From Maribacter forsetii DSM 18668 (GTDB lineage: Bacteria > Bacteroidota > Bacteroidia > Flavobacteriales > Flavobacteriaceae): 32,000 bases of DNA. The notes under the pieces are model-generated. The model was given only the letters and a program-made list of their open reading frames with translations. It made no database searches and was not told the origin of the DNA. Position 1 is the stretch's first letter. Every line of letters begins with the position of its first letter. Position numbers and translations under genes: made by a program. Location: positions 3,637,964-3,669,963 of the forward strand of contig NZ_JQLH01000001.1 of the NCBI RefSeq assembly GCF_000744105.1, given 5' to 3'. This document shows positions 1 through 11,824 of this stretch, in pieces.

Positions 1-1075
1 GTTCGTTAGGGTACCCGATACGAGTATCCATACCTGTTATATATTCTACTAATTGCTTTAAATGCTTCAACTGGCTACCACCACCTGTTAACACGATACC
101 TGCAATCAATTTTTTCTTTTGCTCTTCATGACCGTAGTTTTTAATTTCTACATACACTTGTTCAATAATTTCAACTACACGAGCGTGAATAATCTTAGAT
201 AGATTTTTCAATGAGATCTCTTTTGGCTCTCTACCACGTAAACCTGGAATGGACACAATTTCATTATCTCTATTCTCACCTGGCCAAGCAGATCCAAATC
301 TGGTTTTCAACAATTCGGCTTGCTTCTCAATAATCGAACATCCTTCTTTTATATCCTCGGTAATAACTCCACCACCAAAAGGAATAACCGCAGTATGCCT
401 AATGATACCATCTTTAAAAATGGCAAGATCAGTTGTACCACCACCTATATCGATCAATGCTACACCAGCTTCTTTTTCTTCTTGACTCAGTACTGCGTCA
501 GATGATGCTAATGGCTCTAGTGTTATATTTCCTAAATCCAATCCTGCACTTTTAATGCAACGACCTACGTTTTTAATGGAAACTACCTGCCCAACCACTA
601 CATGAAAGTTAGCTTCTAGCCTACCACCGTACATACCAACAGGTTCACGGATTTCCGCTTGCCCGTCAACTTTGTATTCTTGTGGTAACACATGAATAAT
701 CTCCTCACCTGGTAGCATAATCAATTTGTGCACTTGATTACATAACAAGTCTACATCTTCCTCTCCTATTACCTCCTCAGAATCTTTTCTGGTGATGTAA
801 TCGCTGTGCTGTAAACTTCTAATATGCTGACCGGCAATACCAACAACAACAGATCCAATCTTAAGACCAGAATTTGCTTCTGCCTCTTCAACCGCCTGCT
901 GTATAGATTTTATGGTCTGGGTAATGTTATTTACCACCCCTCTGTGTACACCTAAACTTTTGGACTTACCGATACCCAAAATCTCAATTTTACCATACTC
1001 GTTTTGTTTTCCGATTATGGCAACGATTTTCGTTGTTCCTATGTCTAAACCGACTGAATATTTAGTTTGTTCCAT
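1..1075 (-). CDS. ftsA: cell division protein FtsA (N-terminal ~358 codons; gene continues past the left edge)
   Basis: Absent from the ORF track because there is no stop in the window. My reverse-strand translation from the ATG (complement of 1073-1075) reads MEQTKYSVGLDIGTTKIVAIIGK...VALIDIGGGTTDLAIFKDG..., which carries the actin-like ATPase phosphate-binding motifs. It lies directly downstream of ftsQ, in dcw order. Confidence 0.9.
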   Translation of the reverse strand, partial: MEQTKYSVGLDIGTTKIVAIIGKQNEYGKIEILGIGKSKSLGVHRGVVNNITQTIKSIQQAVEEAEANSGLKIGSVVVGIAGQHIRSLQHSDYITRKDSEEVIGEEDVDLLCNQVHKLIMLPGEEIIHVLPQEYKVDGQAEIREPVGMYGGRLEANFHVVVGQVVSIKNVGRCIKSAGLDLGNITLEPLASSDAVLSQEEKEAGVALIDIGGGTTDLAIFKDGIIRHTAVIPFGGGVITEDIKEGCSIIEKQAELLKTRFGSAWPGENRDNEIVSIPGLRGREPKEISLKNLSKIIHARVVEIIEQVYVEIKNYGHEEQKKKLIAGIVLTGGGSQLKHLKQLVEYITGMDTRIGYPNE

Positions 1076-1079
1076 TTTA

Positions 1080-1799
1080 TTATATTTTAGTGCACACCAC
1101 CTGGTTATTGAATTCTAAACTTACTTCTGCATAATCCTCCAAGGTCTCATCCTTGTTCGCTTTGACATAAAACGCCTTAAAATTGCTAAACTTGGCATCT
1201 AAATCTTCAATACCGCCTATGTTTACAACAAAATTGTTAAGCCTTAATCGTAACTGATATTCTTCCTCTCCTTTGATATGAATACCAATTACAGATTCCC
1301 GAAAAAAATCATCCATATTTATGTGTTCCAATATGACATAAACATCCTCAAGGCTTTTACCACTGATATTGCCTGTGATGATAGGAACTCTAGCCGAATG
1401 ATTATTTGAAAGAGGCATTCTCTTTCCTTCATCGTCCAAATAGAACTTTGTGTTCCCTTCTATGCGCCCTATTGGTTTCCTTTGAACAATTTTAGACGTT
1501 AGCTGACCATCTATTGTTAGATAGACTTGTGCACTTTTCACCATTTCATTGGCCTCAAGGGCCTTTTCTACAGTATTCAAAACTATATTTTCTTTAGGCA
1601 CATTATCAAGGCTACCGTAATTTTGTATTAACAATTTATTAACCGTTCCTTCAGTGAGGTACAAATTTTGATCCCCAATGAATTCTACCTTCATTCCCGT
1701 AACATTTTTAGCGCTATTACGCTCATTTGAAAAAGCATATAACCCCATGATTACTAGAACTAAAGCCGCTAACTTTATAAAATTCCAATTAACCTGCAT
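1080..1799 (-). CDS. ftsQ: cell division protein FtsQ (single N-terminal TM plus POTRA-like region)
   Basis: 239-aa ORF with one N-terminal TM helix (KLAALVLVIMGLYAF). It sits between murC and ftsA and overlaps murC by 11 nt. Confidence 0.8.
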   Translation of the reverse strand: MQVNWNFIKLAALVLVIMGLYAFSNERNSAKNVTGMKVEFIGDQNLYLTEGTVNKLLIQNYGSLDNVPKENIVLNTVEKALEANEMVKSAQVYLTIDGQLTSKIVQRKPIGRIEGNTKFYLDDEGKRMPLSNNHSARVPIITGNISGKSLEDVYVILEHINMDDFFRESVIGIHIKGEEEYQLRLRLNNFVVNIGGIEDLDAKFSNFKAFYVKANKDETLEDYAEVSLEFNNQVVCTKI

Positions 1800-3144
1800 A
1801 CGACATTTCTTTTTTAATTTTCACAACTTCTAAACCTATATCTCCGGCTCCCATTGTTAGTAAAACATCAGGATCCTGTTTTTTTATTTCAGAAAGGATT
1901 TGTTCTTTCGAAATTAATTTTTTATTACCGCTATTTACCTTTTCCAACAACCATTCTGATGTTATCCCCTCAAGTGGTTCTTCTCTAGCCGGATAGATAT
2001 CCAGCAACAAAATATTCTGGAATTGCGACAAGCTTTTTGCAAACTCATCTGCAAAATCACGTGTTCTTGAAAACAGGTGTGGCTGAAAAATCGCCAATAC
2101 TTTTTTATTTGGATGCATTTCTGCAACTGCTTCAAAAACAGCATTTATTTCTGTTGGGTGATGCGCATAATCATCTATAAAAACGAAATCATCATTTTTA
2201 ATTTTGTATGAAAAACGCCTTTGCACTCCTTTAAATGTTGCTAATGCCTCTGCAAGGCGATGCGGTGGGGAACCTGCTTGCATCGCCATTGCGAAAGCTA
2301 CCAAACCGTTCAACAGATTATGTCGCCCAGGTTTGTTGAATTCAACCCCTTCTAGTTTGAGGTCAGGGGTCTCCAAATCGAATATGTAGGTGCCATGTTC
2401 TATTTTTATGTTTCGAATGCAATAATCCGAATCGTCTTCTATACCATATGTCAACCCTTCTAAAGGCAAACCATTACGAACAAATAGTTTACCACCCGGT
2501 TTTAAGCGTTTGGTAAAATCAACAAATGTTCTTTCCAATTCTTGCGCATCACCATAAATATCAAGGTGATCAGCATCCATAGACGTAACACACGCTACAT
2601 TTGGCGTCAACTGCATAAATGAACGATCAAATTCATCTGCTTCAACTACCGAATAGTCTGTTCCTTCTAAAAGGAAATTACTATTAAAATCTTCTGAAAT
2701 TCCGCCTAAGAACGCCGTCATTTTTACTCCTGTTTCTTTTAACAAATGCGCCAAAATACTAGAGGTCGTTGTTTTACCATGCGTACCGGCAACTGCCAAA
2801 CAGAAAGAGTCTTTGGTAATTAAACCAAGTACCTCTGAGCGTTTCTTAATCGTGAACCCATTATTTAAAAAGTACTGATACTCCGAATGAGTAGATGGTA
2901 CCGCAGGGGTATACACTACTAAAGTGTGCTCAACATCGTCTTTAAACTCATCTGCAACACTTTTGATGTCATCTAAATAATGAATGTCAATACCTGAACT
3001 TGCCAACTCTTGTGTAAGCGGAGTCTCGGTTTTATCGTACCCTGCAACCGCTTTATCAATGAACGCAAAATAACGCGCCAAAGCAGACATACCTATGCCC
3101 CCAATGCCTATAAAATACACCCTATGTATTTGCGTTACGTTCAT
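1789..3144 (-). CDS. murC: UDP-N-acetylmuramate--L-alanine ligase
   Basis: 451 aa. Has the N-terminal Rossmann motif FIGIGGIGMSALA and the Mur ligase P-loop GTHGKTTT. The position in the dcw cluster fits. Confidence 0.95.
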   Translation of the reverse strand: MNVTQIHRVYFIGIGGIGMSALARYFAFIDKAVAGYDKTETPLTQELASSGIDIHYLDDIKSVADEFKDDVEHTLVVYTPAVPSTHSEYQYFLNNGFTIKKRSEVLGLITKDSFCLAVAGTHGKTTTSSILAHLLKETGVKMTAFLGGISEDFNSNFLLEGTDYSVVEADEFDRSFMQLTPNVACVTSMDADHLDIYGDAQELERTFVDFTKRLKPGGKLFVRNGLPLEGLTYGIEDDSDYCIRNIKIEHGTYIFDLETPDLKLEGVEFNKPGRHNLLNGLVAFAMAMQAGSPPHRLAEALATFKGVQRRFSYKIKNDDFVFIDDYAHHPTEINAVFEAVAEMHPNKKVLAIFQPHLFSRTRDFADEFAKSLSQFQNILLLDIYPAREEPLEGITSEWLLEKVNSGNKKLISKEQILSEIKKQDPDVLLTMGAGDIGLEVVKIKKEMSYAG

Positions 3145-3145
3145 T

Positions 3146-4234
3146 TTATTTGATCAATTTTTCTATTTCATCGCAGATATCAGATGTTGCATTTGGTAAT
3201 GCCAACGACTTAATATTCTTTGATAATTCTTGTTGCTTTTCTTCGGATTTAAATACCGATTCAAACTCCGTTTTAAATGTTGTATCAAGCTCTTTCTCCC
3301 TGATCATAATTGCAGCGTTATGACCAACAAGAGATAATGCATTCATAGTTTGGTGATCTTCTGCTACAACTGGCGACGGAATAAAGAATGTTGGTTTCCC
3401 AACCAAACACAATTCTGACACTGCACCTGCACCTGCTCTTGAAATGATGAAATCTGCAGCTACATAAGCTTTATCCATCGAGTTTAAAAAAGCATGTACT
3501 TTAATATTCTCTGACTGATGCGATTTATAGGTTTCGTAATACCCTTTTCCACATTGCCATATCACTTGCAATCCTAATGCCTCAAAATATTCTAAATGAT
3601 CCGCTACCAATTGGTTGATGCGTCTTGCCCCTAAACTTCCACCTAATACTAAAAGTGTTTTCTTATCGGCATTCAATTCAAAATACTGTAAAGCTTCATT
3701 TTTAGTAGCTTTCAATACCACCAAATCTGAACGTACAGGATTACCCGTTTTTACAATTTTATCTTTCGGGAAAAATTTCTCCATGCCATCATAGGCCACG
3801 CAGATTTTTTTCACTTTGTCTTTTAATAGTTTATTGGTAATACCAGCAAAGGAATTCTGTTCTTGCAATACACAAGGTATACCCTTAGTGGTTGCCATTT
3901 TTAACAACGGACCACTAGCAAAACCACCCGTACCAATTACGGCGTGTGGTTTAAACTTCGATACGATGCTATTTGCTCTCATTAAGCTACTTATCAATTT
4001 TATTGGAAAAAGTAGATTTTTAAGGGTCAGTTTTCGCTGAATTCCCGTAATCCACAATCCTTCTATTTTATATCCTGCTTGCGGCACTTTTTCCATCTCC
4101 ATTCTATCCTTCGCTCCTACGAACAAAAACTCCGCATCAGGATACCTCCTTTTCAATTCGTTCGCTATGGCAATGGCCGGATAAATATGTCCGCCAGTAC
4201 CTCCTCCTGATAAAATGAACTTATAACTGCCCAC
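3146..4234 (-). CDS. murG: undecaprenyldiphospho-muramoylpentapeptide beta-N-acetylglucosaminyltransferase
   Basis: 362 aa. Has the N-terminal [15 protein letters not shown] motif typical of MurG (GT28). The position in the dcw cluster fits. Confidence 0.95.
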   Translation of the reverse strand: MGSYKFILSGGGTGGHIYPAIAIANELKRRYPDAEFLFVGAKDRMEMEKVPQAGYKIEGLWITGIQRKLTLKNLLFPIKLISSLMRANSIVSKFKPHAVIGTGGFASGPLLKMATTKGIPCVLQEQNSFAGITNKLLKDKVKKICVAYDGMEKFFPKDKIVKTGNPVRSDLVVLKATKNEALQYFELNADKKTLLVLGGSLGARRINQLVADHLEYFEALGLQVIWQCGKGYYETYKSHQSENIKVHAFLNSMDKAYVAADFIISRAGAGAVSELCLVGKPTFFIPSPVVAEDHQTMNALSLVGHNAAIMIREKELDTTFKTEFESVFKSEEKQQELSKNIKSLALPNATSDICDEIEKLIK

Positions 4235-5429
4235 TTAAAATCTCTAAAGGGTTCGTTTCATCTATATCAACATCATTGCCAGAAGCACTCTCCTGCGCTA
4301 TACTTTTATTACTTGCACTTAAAATGATTCCTATTGCCAAACAGGTCATCCAACTAGAGGTACCACCGCTACTGATCAATGGTAAATTCTGTCCCGTTAC
4401 CGGAAATAATTCTACCGCAACCGCCATGTTTATTAGTGCTTGAAAAACAATAGGTAATCCTACCCCTAGCACTAATAATTTGCTAAAGATCGATGCACAT
4501 CCGTTAGCGACGACCACTATCCTAAACAACAGAAACAAATAAAATAGCATCAAAATAAATCCACCTATTAAACCATATTCTTCAACGATAATCGCATAGA
4601 TAAAATCTGATGAACTCTGTGGTAAAAAGTTCTTTTGCACACTTTTACCCGCTCCTTTACCCATTACTCCACCTGTAGCTATGGCAATTTTTGCTCTTTC
4701 TATTTGATAGGTTCCTTCTGAATCTTCAGGGTTAGAGAAACTATCTATCCTGCTCATCCATGTATCTACCCTATTCGGAAATAAATCTGGAAACGCTTTT
4801 GCCGTTAATATGAATATGGACAAAAACAGAACTCCCGTTCCTACAATACCTAATAAATATTTCATAGGATATCCTCCTAAAAAACACAATACCATAACCA
4901 TAGAGAAAACAATAGCCGCAGTTGAAAAGTTAGCTGGTAATATTAACGCCACTACAGCAAATACAGGCAACCACAATGGCACTATGCTTTCTGTAAACGT
5001 TATTTTAATATCTCTAACCTTAGAGAAATAACGCGCTACATATATCATTAACACTACTGCCGCCAAGTTAGAGGGCTGAAAACCGAAACCTACCAAAGGC
5101 AGACGAATCCAACGACTGGCATTGGTACCACCACTTGAAGTACCTTGCGCCAATACGAATATGAGCAATACCAACACTATGGGCAACGCTATCATGGACA
5201 GCCCTTTAAAAAAGTGCGTAGGTATTTTATGTACCCCGTAAATAATTCCAAAGCCTAAAAACAACAGTATGGCATGTTTTACCAAGTGCCCAACCGGCGT
5301 ACCACTACCTACAACATATACCAAATTACTACTGGCACTATATACTGGTAGAAATGAAAATAAGGCCAAGAGTGCCGCAATGGCCCAAATAGCTTTATCT
5401 CCTTTTATATTTTGAAATATATTCAACAC
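4221..5429 (-). CDS. ftsW: FtsW/RodA/SpoVE-family peptidoglycan glycosyltransferase (FtsW by position)
   Basis: 402 aa, polytopic membrane protein of the SEDS type (…[13 protein letters not shown]…). It sits between murD and murG and overlaps murG by 14 nt. Confidence 0.9.
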   Translation of the reverse strand: MLNIFQNIKGDKAIWAIAALLALFSFLPVYSASSNLVYVVGSGTPVGHLVKHAILLFLGFGIIYGVHKIPTHFFKGLSMIALPIVLVLLIFVLAQGTSSGGTNASRWIRLPLVGFGFQPSNLAAVVLMIYVARYFSKVRDIKITFTESIVPLWLPVFAVVALILPANFSTAAIVFSMVMVLCFLGGYPMKYLLGIVGTGVLFLSIFILTAKAFPDLFPNRVDTWMSRIDSFSNPEDSEGTYQIERAKIAIATGGVMGKGAGKSVQKNFLPQSSSDFIYAIIVEEYGLIGGFILMLFYLFLLFRIVVVANGCASIFSKLLVLGVGLPIVFQALINMAVAVELFPVTGQNLPLISSGGTSSWMTCLAIGIILSASNKSIAQESASGNDVDIDETNPLEILSGQL

Positions 5430-5430
5430 C

Positions 5431-6765
5431 TTATAGGTTCTTTACACAGTTCTTAAATTGATCGCCGCGATCCTCATAGTTCTTAAACAAATCGAAACTT
5501 GCACATGCCGGTGATAACAAAACCGTATCACCACGCTCTGCAATTTTATAAGCCACTTTAACAGCTTCTTCCATGGCATAGGTTTCTACCAATAGATCCA
5601 CAGCATTACCGAATACATGCTTGATTTTTTCATTATCCTCACCTAAGCAAATAATCGCTTTTACTTTTTCACGTACCAATGGCATTAACTCCATGTACTC
5701 ATTGCCCTTATCTACACCACCTACGATCCAAACAGTAGGTGTTTTCATGCTATCCAATGCGTAATAAGCAGCGTTTACATTCGTTGCTTTTGAGTCATTG
5801 ATATATTCCACATGATGTATTTTCAACACCTTTTCCAAACGGTGGGGAGCCCCTTGAAAATTAGAAACACAAGCTCTTATAGTTTCCTTACGGATACCGA
5901 CTAATTTGGCAATTGTTGCCGCTGCCATTGTGTTCTTTACATTGTGCTGACCTTCTAAGGCCAAAGTGTTCTTCGTCATGCTAATAGTATCTGTTGTTGT
6001 TTTTATTATTATCTCGCTTTGTTCTATAAATGCGCCTTGTTCAAATACTTTATTCAATGAAAAGGGCATTAATTTTGATTTAACCGGGTGCTTGTTCAGC
6101 CATTCTACCAAAACTGTATCATCTGCATCATAAATCAAATAATCGTTTTCGTCTTGGTTTTCTGCAATTCTAAATTTCGATGCTATGTAGTTTTCAAACT
6201 CATACTCATACCGATCTAAGTGATCTGGTGTAATATTCGTAATCACGGCAATGTGTGGTTTAAAATCTACTATGCCGTCTAATTGAAAACTACTGATCTC
6301 AAGCACGTAATACTCAAAATCATTCTCTGCAACCATTTTCGCATAACTATCACCAATGTTTCCTGCCATACCCACTTTCAATTCGGCATTTGCCAAAATG
6401 TGGTTAGTTAGCATGGTAGTCGTTGTTTTTCCGTTGCTACCTGTGATACCAATGATTTTTGCATTGGTGTATTTTGATGCAAATTCTATCTCTGATATTA
6501 CAGGAACACCTTTCGACACCAACTGCTTTACCAAGGGTACTTTGTCTGGTATACCCGGACTCTTCATTACCAAATCGGCTTTTAGTATGCGGTCTTCAGA
6601 ATGCTGTTCTTCTTCCCAATCAATTCCAAAATGTTCAAGAACGTTTTTATACTTCTCTTTAATTTTTCCTTTATCGGATACAAAAACATCGTATCCTTTT
6701 TTCAATCCTAAAATGGCTGTTCCTACTCCACTTTCTCCTCCTCCAAGAACTACCAGTAATGCCAT
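5431..6765 (-). CDS. murD: UDP-N-acetylmuramoylalanine--D-glutamate ligase
   Basis: 444 aa. Has the N-terminal GGGESGVG dinucleotide-fold motif and the Mur ligase P-loop GITGSNGKTTT. Confidence 0.95.
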   Translation of the reverse strand: MALLVVLGGGESGVGTAILGLKKGYDVFVSDKGKIKEKYKNVLEHFGIDWEEEQHSEDRILKADLVMKSPGIPDKVPLVKQLVSKGVPVISEIEFASKYTNAKIIGITGSNGKTTTTMLTNHILANAELKVGMAGNIGDSYAKMVAENDFEYYVLEISSFQLDGIVDFKPHIAVITNITPDHLDRYEYEFENYIASKFRIAENQDENDYLIYDADDTVLVEWLNKHPVKSKLMPFSLNKVFEQGAFIEQSEIIIKTTTDTISMTKNTLALEGQHNVKNTMAAATIAKLVGIRKETIRACVSNFQGAPHRLEKVLKIHHVEYINDSKATNVNAAYYALDSMKTPTVWIVGGVDKGNEYMELMPLVREKVKAIICLGEDNEKIKHVFGNAVDLLVETYAMEEAVKVAYKIAERGDTVLLSPACASFDLFKNYEDRGDQFKNCVKNL

Positions 6766-7985
6766 TATCTAATTTTTAAGGTCACTACAGTTACAATTGC
6801 CAATAGTATACCTACAATCCAAAAACGGGTTACGATCTTACTTTCGTGGTATCCCATTTTTTGATAATGGTGATGTAATGGAGACATTAAAAATATACGT
6901 CTACCCTCACCAAATTTTTTCTTTGTGTATTTAAAATACCCTACTTGTATCATCACTGAAAGCGACTCCGCAAAGAAGATTCCGCATAACACGGGTATCA
7001 ATAATTCTTTACGTACTATAATTGCGATTACGGCAATTACTCCACCAATGGTTAAACTACCCGTATCTCCCATAAACACTTGTGCTGGAAATGCATTGTA
7101 CCATAAGAACCCGATTAATGCACCTGCAAAGGCGGTAATGAATACTAGCAACTCACCTACTCGTGGTATGTACATTATGTCTAAATAATCAGAAAAAATA
7201 ATGTTACCAGATACCAAGGCAAAAATGCCCAGCGTAAATACAATAATTGCGGATGTACCTGCCGCAAGTCCGTCTATTCCATCAGTTAAATTTGCGCCGT
7301 TAGATACTGCAGTTACTATCAAAATGATAATTGGTATAAACAGTAACCACGCATATTCTTTTGCTCCATCGCCCGCCCATGATATTAGACTACCATAATC
7401 AAACTCATTGTTCTTAAAAAAAGGTACCGTAGTCATGGTCGACTTTATCTCAGCGCCTTTTACTTGTTCTACCGTATAGTCTTGCGTAATAATTGTTTTG
7501 TCATGATCACGCATGGTCACCTCTGGGTGAAAATAAAGTACTGCACCTACTATTAGCCCTAATACTATCTGACCTAAGACCTTAAAACGACCTTTTAACC
7601 CTTCTTTATTCTTTTTAAATACTTTGATGTAATCATCTAAAAAGCCAATTGCTCCCATCCACAACGTGGTGAATATCAGTAGTATAATATAAATATTCTC
7701 TAACCTCGCAAACAGCAATACCGGTATCAATGTGGACATGATGATGATAACCCCACCCATTGTTGGCGTACCTGCTTTTTGCTTTTGACCATCCAGACCT
7801 AAATCGCGAATAGTCTCTCCTACTTGTTGCTTTTGTAAAAATAGAATTACACGCTTACCGTACACTGTCGCAATCATCAATGAAAACAGAATAGCCATTG
7901 CCGCACGGAATGTGCTGAACTGAAACAGCGAAGCTCCAGGCAACTGGTATTGTTTTTCTAAATATTCGAACAGGTAGGTTAACAT
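6765..7985 (-). CDS. mraY: phospho-N-acetylmuramoyl-pentapeptide transferase
   Basis: 406 aa polytopic membrane protein with the MraY motifs [19 protein letters not shown] and FMGDTGSL. Shares 1 nt with the start of murD. Confidence 0.95.
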   Translation of the reverse strand: MLTYLFEYLEKQYQLPGASLFQFSTFRAAMAILFSLMIATVYGKRVILFLQKQQVGETIRDLGLDGQKQKAGTPTMGGVIIIMSTLIPVLLFARLENIYIILLIFTTLWMGAIGFLDDYIKVFKKNKEGLKGRFKVLGQIVLGLIVGAVLYFHPEVTMRDHDKTIITQDYTVEQVKGAEIKSTMTTVPFFKNNEFDYGSLISWAGDGAKEYAWLLFIPIIILIVTAVSNGANLTDGIDGLAAGTSAIIVFTLGIFALVSGNIIFSDYLDIMYIPRVGELLVFITAFAGALIGFLWYNAFPAQVFMGDTGSLTIGGVIAVIAIIVRKELLIPVLCGIFFAESLSVMIQVGYFKYTKKKFGEGRRIFLMSPLHHHYQKMGYHESKIVTRFWIVGILLAIVTVVTLKIR

Positions 7986-8016
7986 ATAATCTGTATTCTT
8001 TGCTACTAAGCTTTGG

Positions 8017-9480
8017 TTATTTTTCTAAGCTTGCTAAAAGCTCTTTTACTATTTTAAAATCGTCGAAATCTATGCGTACGCCATTGGTTTCTTGGTAGGT
8101 CTCATGACCTTTGCCGGCTACTAATATGATATCGTTATCGTCTGCTAGTTGACATGCCGTTTTTATGGCTTGCTCCCTATTTTCAATGGATAAAATCTTC
8201 TTTACATTCTGAGGTTCTACCCCCGCCTCCATTTCTGCAATAATTTCAGTAGGGGATTCAGTTCTAGGATTATCTGAAGTGAGAATAACTTTATTACTCA
8301 TTTCAGATGCGATATTACCCATTACCGGACGCTTTGATCTGTCTCTATCGCCACCACACCCCACAACGGTGATGACGTTTTCATTTCCAGTTCTCAACGT
8401 GTTGATTGTCTCAAGCACATTTTTTAGGGCGTCCGGCGTATGGGCATAATCAACTATAGCCGTAATTCTTTTCTTAGATATATAATATTGAAACCTTCCA
8501 TCTACATTCTCCAATTCACTCAACAAGCGAAGGGTTTCTAATTGCTCCAATCCCAATAAATCTGCTGTCGCAAAAATCGCTAGCATATTATAGGCATTGA
8601 AATGACCTATTAATTTTGTCCATAGCTCATGATCATTGATTTTCAACAATTGACCGTCGAACTGATTTTCTAAAATCTGTGCTCTGTAATCTGCATAGTT
8701 CTTTAAGGCGTAGCTTGCTTTTCTAGCCTTAGTATTCTGCAACATGACCAAACCATTCTTATCATCTACATTAGTCAATGCAAATGCCGTTTTTGGCAAC
8801 TGATCAAACAATATCTTTTTAGTATCGCGGTACTCTGCAAATGTTTTATGATAGTCTAGATGATCATGAGACAGATTCGTAAAAATTGCCCCTTCAAACA
8901 CCAAACCTTCGGTTCTTTTCTGGTGAATACCATGAGAACTTACTTCCATAAAGCAATACTCTACACCGGCATCGTTCATCAATTTTAAATGCTGATTGAT
9001 CACCAATGCATCAGGAGTAGTATGTTTTGTTGGATAAACCGTATCATCTACCATGATTTTAATGGTGGACAACAAGCCTACTTTGTATCCTGCTTTTTTA
9101 AATAACTGATATAACAAACTAGATACCGTGGTTTTACCATTGGTACCCGTAACACCTACTAATTTTAAATTTTTTGATGGTGTACCGTAGTAATTTGAAG
9201 CCATCAATGCCAATGCCTGATTACCACTTTCTACTTGCACATACGTTACATCATCTATCATCTCAGCTGGTAACTGCTCGCAAACTATTGCTCTTGCACC
9301 TGCAGCAACTACCTGATCAATATATTTATGACCATCGGTCAACGTGCCTTTTATAGCTACGAAGGCATCAGATTTTTGCACCTCGCGAGAATCAAAACGA
9401 ACTGATGCTATATCACAAGAGGTAGTACCGCTAACAGCAGTAATACGCACTCCATATAATATGTCCTTTAATTGCATCAT
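8017..9480 (-). CDS. murE: UDP-N-acetylmuramoyl-L-alanyl-D-glutamate--2,6-diaminopimelate ligase
   Basis: 487 aa. Has the P-loop [10 protein letters not shown]. The DNPR motif (LTSDNPRTE) is associated with meso-DAP specificity. Confidence 0.95.
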   Translation of the reverse strand: MMQLKDILYGVRITAVSGTTSCDIASVRFDSREVQKSDAFVAIKGTLTDGHKYIDQVVAAGARAIVCEQLPAEMIDDVTYVQVESGNQALALMASNYYGTPSKNLKLVGVTGTNGKTTVSSLLYQLFKKAGYKVGLLSTIKIMVDDTVYPTKHTTPDALVINQHLKLMNDAGVEYCFMEVSSHGIHQKRTEGLVFEGAIFTNLSHDHLDYHKTFAEYRDTKKILFDQLPKTAFALTNVDDKNGLVMLQNTKARKASYALKNYADYRAQILENQFDGQLLKINDHELWTKLIGHFNAYNMLAIFATADLLGLEQLETLRLLSELENVDGRFQYYISKKRITAIVDYAHTPDALKNVLETINTLRTGNENVITVVGCGGDRDRSKRPVMGNIASEMSNKVILTSDNPRTESPTEIIAEMEAGVEPQNVKKILSIENREQAIKTACQLADDNDIILVAGKGHETYQETNGVRIDFDDFKIVKELLASLEK

Positions 9481-11483
9481 ATTAATTCTAATACTATTTT
9501 TTTCACTGATTTTAAATCGGTGCCTTTGGTAATGGACTGTTTTTTTACCTTGCCATTTCCTCTTACCTCTACTTCAATACCCAAATTCTCAAGAATTGCA
9601 ACGGCATCCATACCACACATACCTTTTACATTTGGCATTGCAGCATATTTTGCCTGTGCCACCTTATAGTATCCTTGGTGAGAATCTTCATTTTTAGCGA
9701 TCAACACATTTTTTACATCTACCTCACTTGTTAAAGGTGATGTTGCATATACTTTTTGTGCTACAGATTTAAATACCGGACCAGATACATCTGCACCATA
9801 ATACCCAACACTTTTGTCTGGCTTATGGATTACCACTATACAAGAGTATTTTGGATCATCTGCCGGAAAATATCCTGCGAACGAAGAAACATATTCATAC
9901 TTCGACCTATCCTTAGACACATAATTCGTCTGAGTTGTACCCGTTTTTCCCGCCATAGAGAAATTCTTTGAATACATACGGTGACCCGTTCCATGGTCTT
10001 TCTCCACTACATTCTTTAATATCTGCTGTACTTTCTTTACGGTGGACTGAGAACAAATTGCAGGGTTCAATACCTTTTTATCAAACTTCTCAATCGTCTT
10101 GTTCCACTCTTTTACTTCTTTCAACAAACGCGGCTTTACCATTTCGCCATTATTTGCAATAGCATTATAGAATGCCAATGTTTGTAGCGGAGTCATAGAT
10201 ACCTCATAGCCATAAGCCATTTGCGCCAATGAAAGACCTGACCATCCTTTATCACCTGGGTAACGCAGAACAGGTTTTCCTTCGCCAACTACCGGAAGTC
10301 CTAATTCTTTATGGATACCCATGCTCATTAATCTGTTCACATATTTCTCTGGGTCATTCTTATACCCTTCATGAATCATTTTAGCAAAGGCAACATTTGA
10401 CGACACCTCAAAAGCTTCTGACATGGTAATTTCACCGTGACCTCCACGTTTGGTATCCCTAATAGTATGCTTATATAATTTCCAAGCTCCTTTTTCGGTA
10501 TCAATAACAGAACTGGTATCTATCACCTTATCTTCTAAAGCAGCCACCAAATTCACTAATTTAAAAGTAGAACCAGGCTCGTGAGATTCACCGATGGCGT
10601 AATTCAATCGCTCGTAATATTTACCTTCTGAGGTCTGACCCAAATTCGATATCGCCTTTACCTCACCCGTTTTCACTTCCATTACGATTACCGTACCGTG
10701 ATCCGCTTGATATTTCTCTAACTGACCCAATAATGCATGGTGCGCTATATCTTGTATATTAATGTCTATAGTAGAATACACATCATAACCATCTTTTGGC
10801 TCAATGATATTATCGTTACCAATTGGCTTCCACTGTCCCTTTGCGATTTTTTGCTTTAAACGCTTCCCTGAAATTCCTCTTAGGTATTCCCCAAAAGCAC
10901 CTTCCATACCCACTCGAGTATAATATCCGTTTTCATCTACACGCTCATACCCAACACTACGCTCGGCAATTTTACCTAAAGGATGCTCTCTTTTCGTTTT
11001 CTGCTCAATAATGAGTCCGCCTTTGAACGCTCCTTTATTGAATAGCGGAAATTCCTTTACTGCCATATATTCAGAATAATCTAGATTACGCACAATTAGC
11101 GCATACCTATTTTTATTCTCTCTCGCTTTTCTTAAAAGTTGCTGATAATGAGAAGACGTTTTACCAAATTGCTTGGCCAAGGCATCTGCCAATGGTTTTA
11201 CATTTTCTTTAAAATCTTCACTACTTACCGTTACGGCATCAAAACGTATAGTGTATTTAGATACTGAAGTTGCCAAAAGGCTACCGTCATCTGAATATAG
11301 GTTACCTCTATTCGGCTCAATGGTGAACATACGCTCGGTACGCGTATCTGCCAATGCCTGGTATTTTTCGCCATCTACAATTTGAATAGAAACCAGCTTA
11401 AACAACACAGCACCCGCAAAGAGCACCATGAAACCCGCCACTATGTAGAGCCTTTTTAATATGCTTTTATCCGTCGCTGCCAT
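9477..11483 (-). CDS. ftsI: penicillin-binding protein 3-type transpeptidase (FtsI) with a C-terminal PASTA-like domain
   Basis: 668 aa. Has an N-terminal TM anchor and the transpeptidase motifs STFK, SSN and KTGT. The C-terminal segment MPNVKGMCGMDAVAILENLGIEVEVRGNGKV looks PASTA-like. There is a 4-nt ATGA overlap with murE. Confidence 0.92.
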   Translation of the reverse strand: MAATDKSILKRLYIVAGFMVLFAGAVLFKLVSIQIVDGEKYQALADTRTERMFTIEPNRGNLYSDDGSLLATSVSKYTIRFDAVTVSSEDFKENVKPLADALAKQFGKTSSHYQQLLRKARENKNRYALIVRNLDYSEYMAVKEFPLFNKGAFKGGLIIEQKTKREHPLGKIAERSVGYERVDENGYYTRVGMEGAFGEYLRGISGKRLKQKIAKGQWKPIGNDNIIEPKDGYDVYSTIDINIQDIAHHALLGQLEKYQADHGTVIVMEVKTGEVKAISNLGQTSEGKYYERLNYAIGESHEPGSTFKLVNLVAALEDKVIDTSSVIDTEKGAWKLYKHTIRDTKRGGHGEITMSEAFEVSSNVAFAKMIHEGYKNDPEKYVNRLMSMGIHKELGLPVVGEGKPVLRYPGDKGWSGLSLAQMAYGYEVSMTPLQTLAFYNAIANNGEMVKPRLLKEVKEWNKTIEKFDKKVLNPAICSQSTVKKVQQILKNVVEKDHGTGHRMYSKNFSMAGKTGTTQTNYVSKDRSKYEYVSSFAGYFPADDPKYSCIVVIHKPDKSVGYYGADVSGPVFKSVAQKVYATSPLTSEVDVKNVLIAKNEDSHQGYYKVAQAKYAAMPNVKGMCGMDAVAILENLGIEVEVRGNGKVKKQSITKGTDLKSVKKIVLELI

Positions 11484-11824
11484 TATTCCTCCTCTTTTAA
11501 AGATTTCACCTTAATTTTCTGCGGGGGATTCTCTGAAGGATACAGTCCTTTTTCCGATATTTTACCGGTAATGCTCGATTCTAATTTTAGCTGCTGCACA
11601 TCTGATCGCATATCTACGAACTCATTACGCAACTCTTTTACTTCTTCATTCAATAAAGCAATGCGGTGTACTTTTTGATCGGCACTATGAGAGCTACTGA
11701 TCATAACCGTTGCCAAAAACGAAATGAAAATAATGAACAGCCAATTTTTAGGGGCGTCATCGCTCACCAAAAATTTACCCTTCAAAAGGTCAAAAACACC
11801 TGTTTTCACTTTACTTTTCGCCAT
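11483..11824 (-). CDS. FtsL-like small bitopic cell-division protein
   Basis: 113 aa with one TM (WLFIIFISFLATVMI) followed by a coiled-coil-like segment. It sits between rsmH and ftsI, where ftsL lies in dcw clusters. The sequence itself is not diagnostic. Confidence 0.6.
   Translation of the reverse strand: MAKSKVKTGVFDLLKGKFLVSDDAPKNWLFIIFISFLATVMISSSHSADQKVHRIALLNEEVKELRNEFVDMRSDVQQLKLESSITGKISEKGLYPSENPPQKIKVKSLKEEE

Noticed and set aside
7986-8016. Missing murF between murE and mraY as a deletion
   Set aside because: Absence of murF and ddl from the dcw cluster is the normal arrangement in Bacteroidota as far as I know. The 31-nt gap shows no gene remnant.
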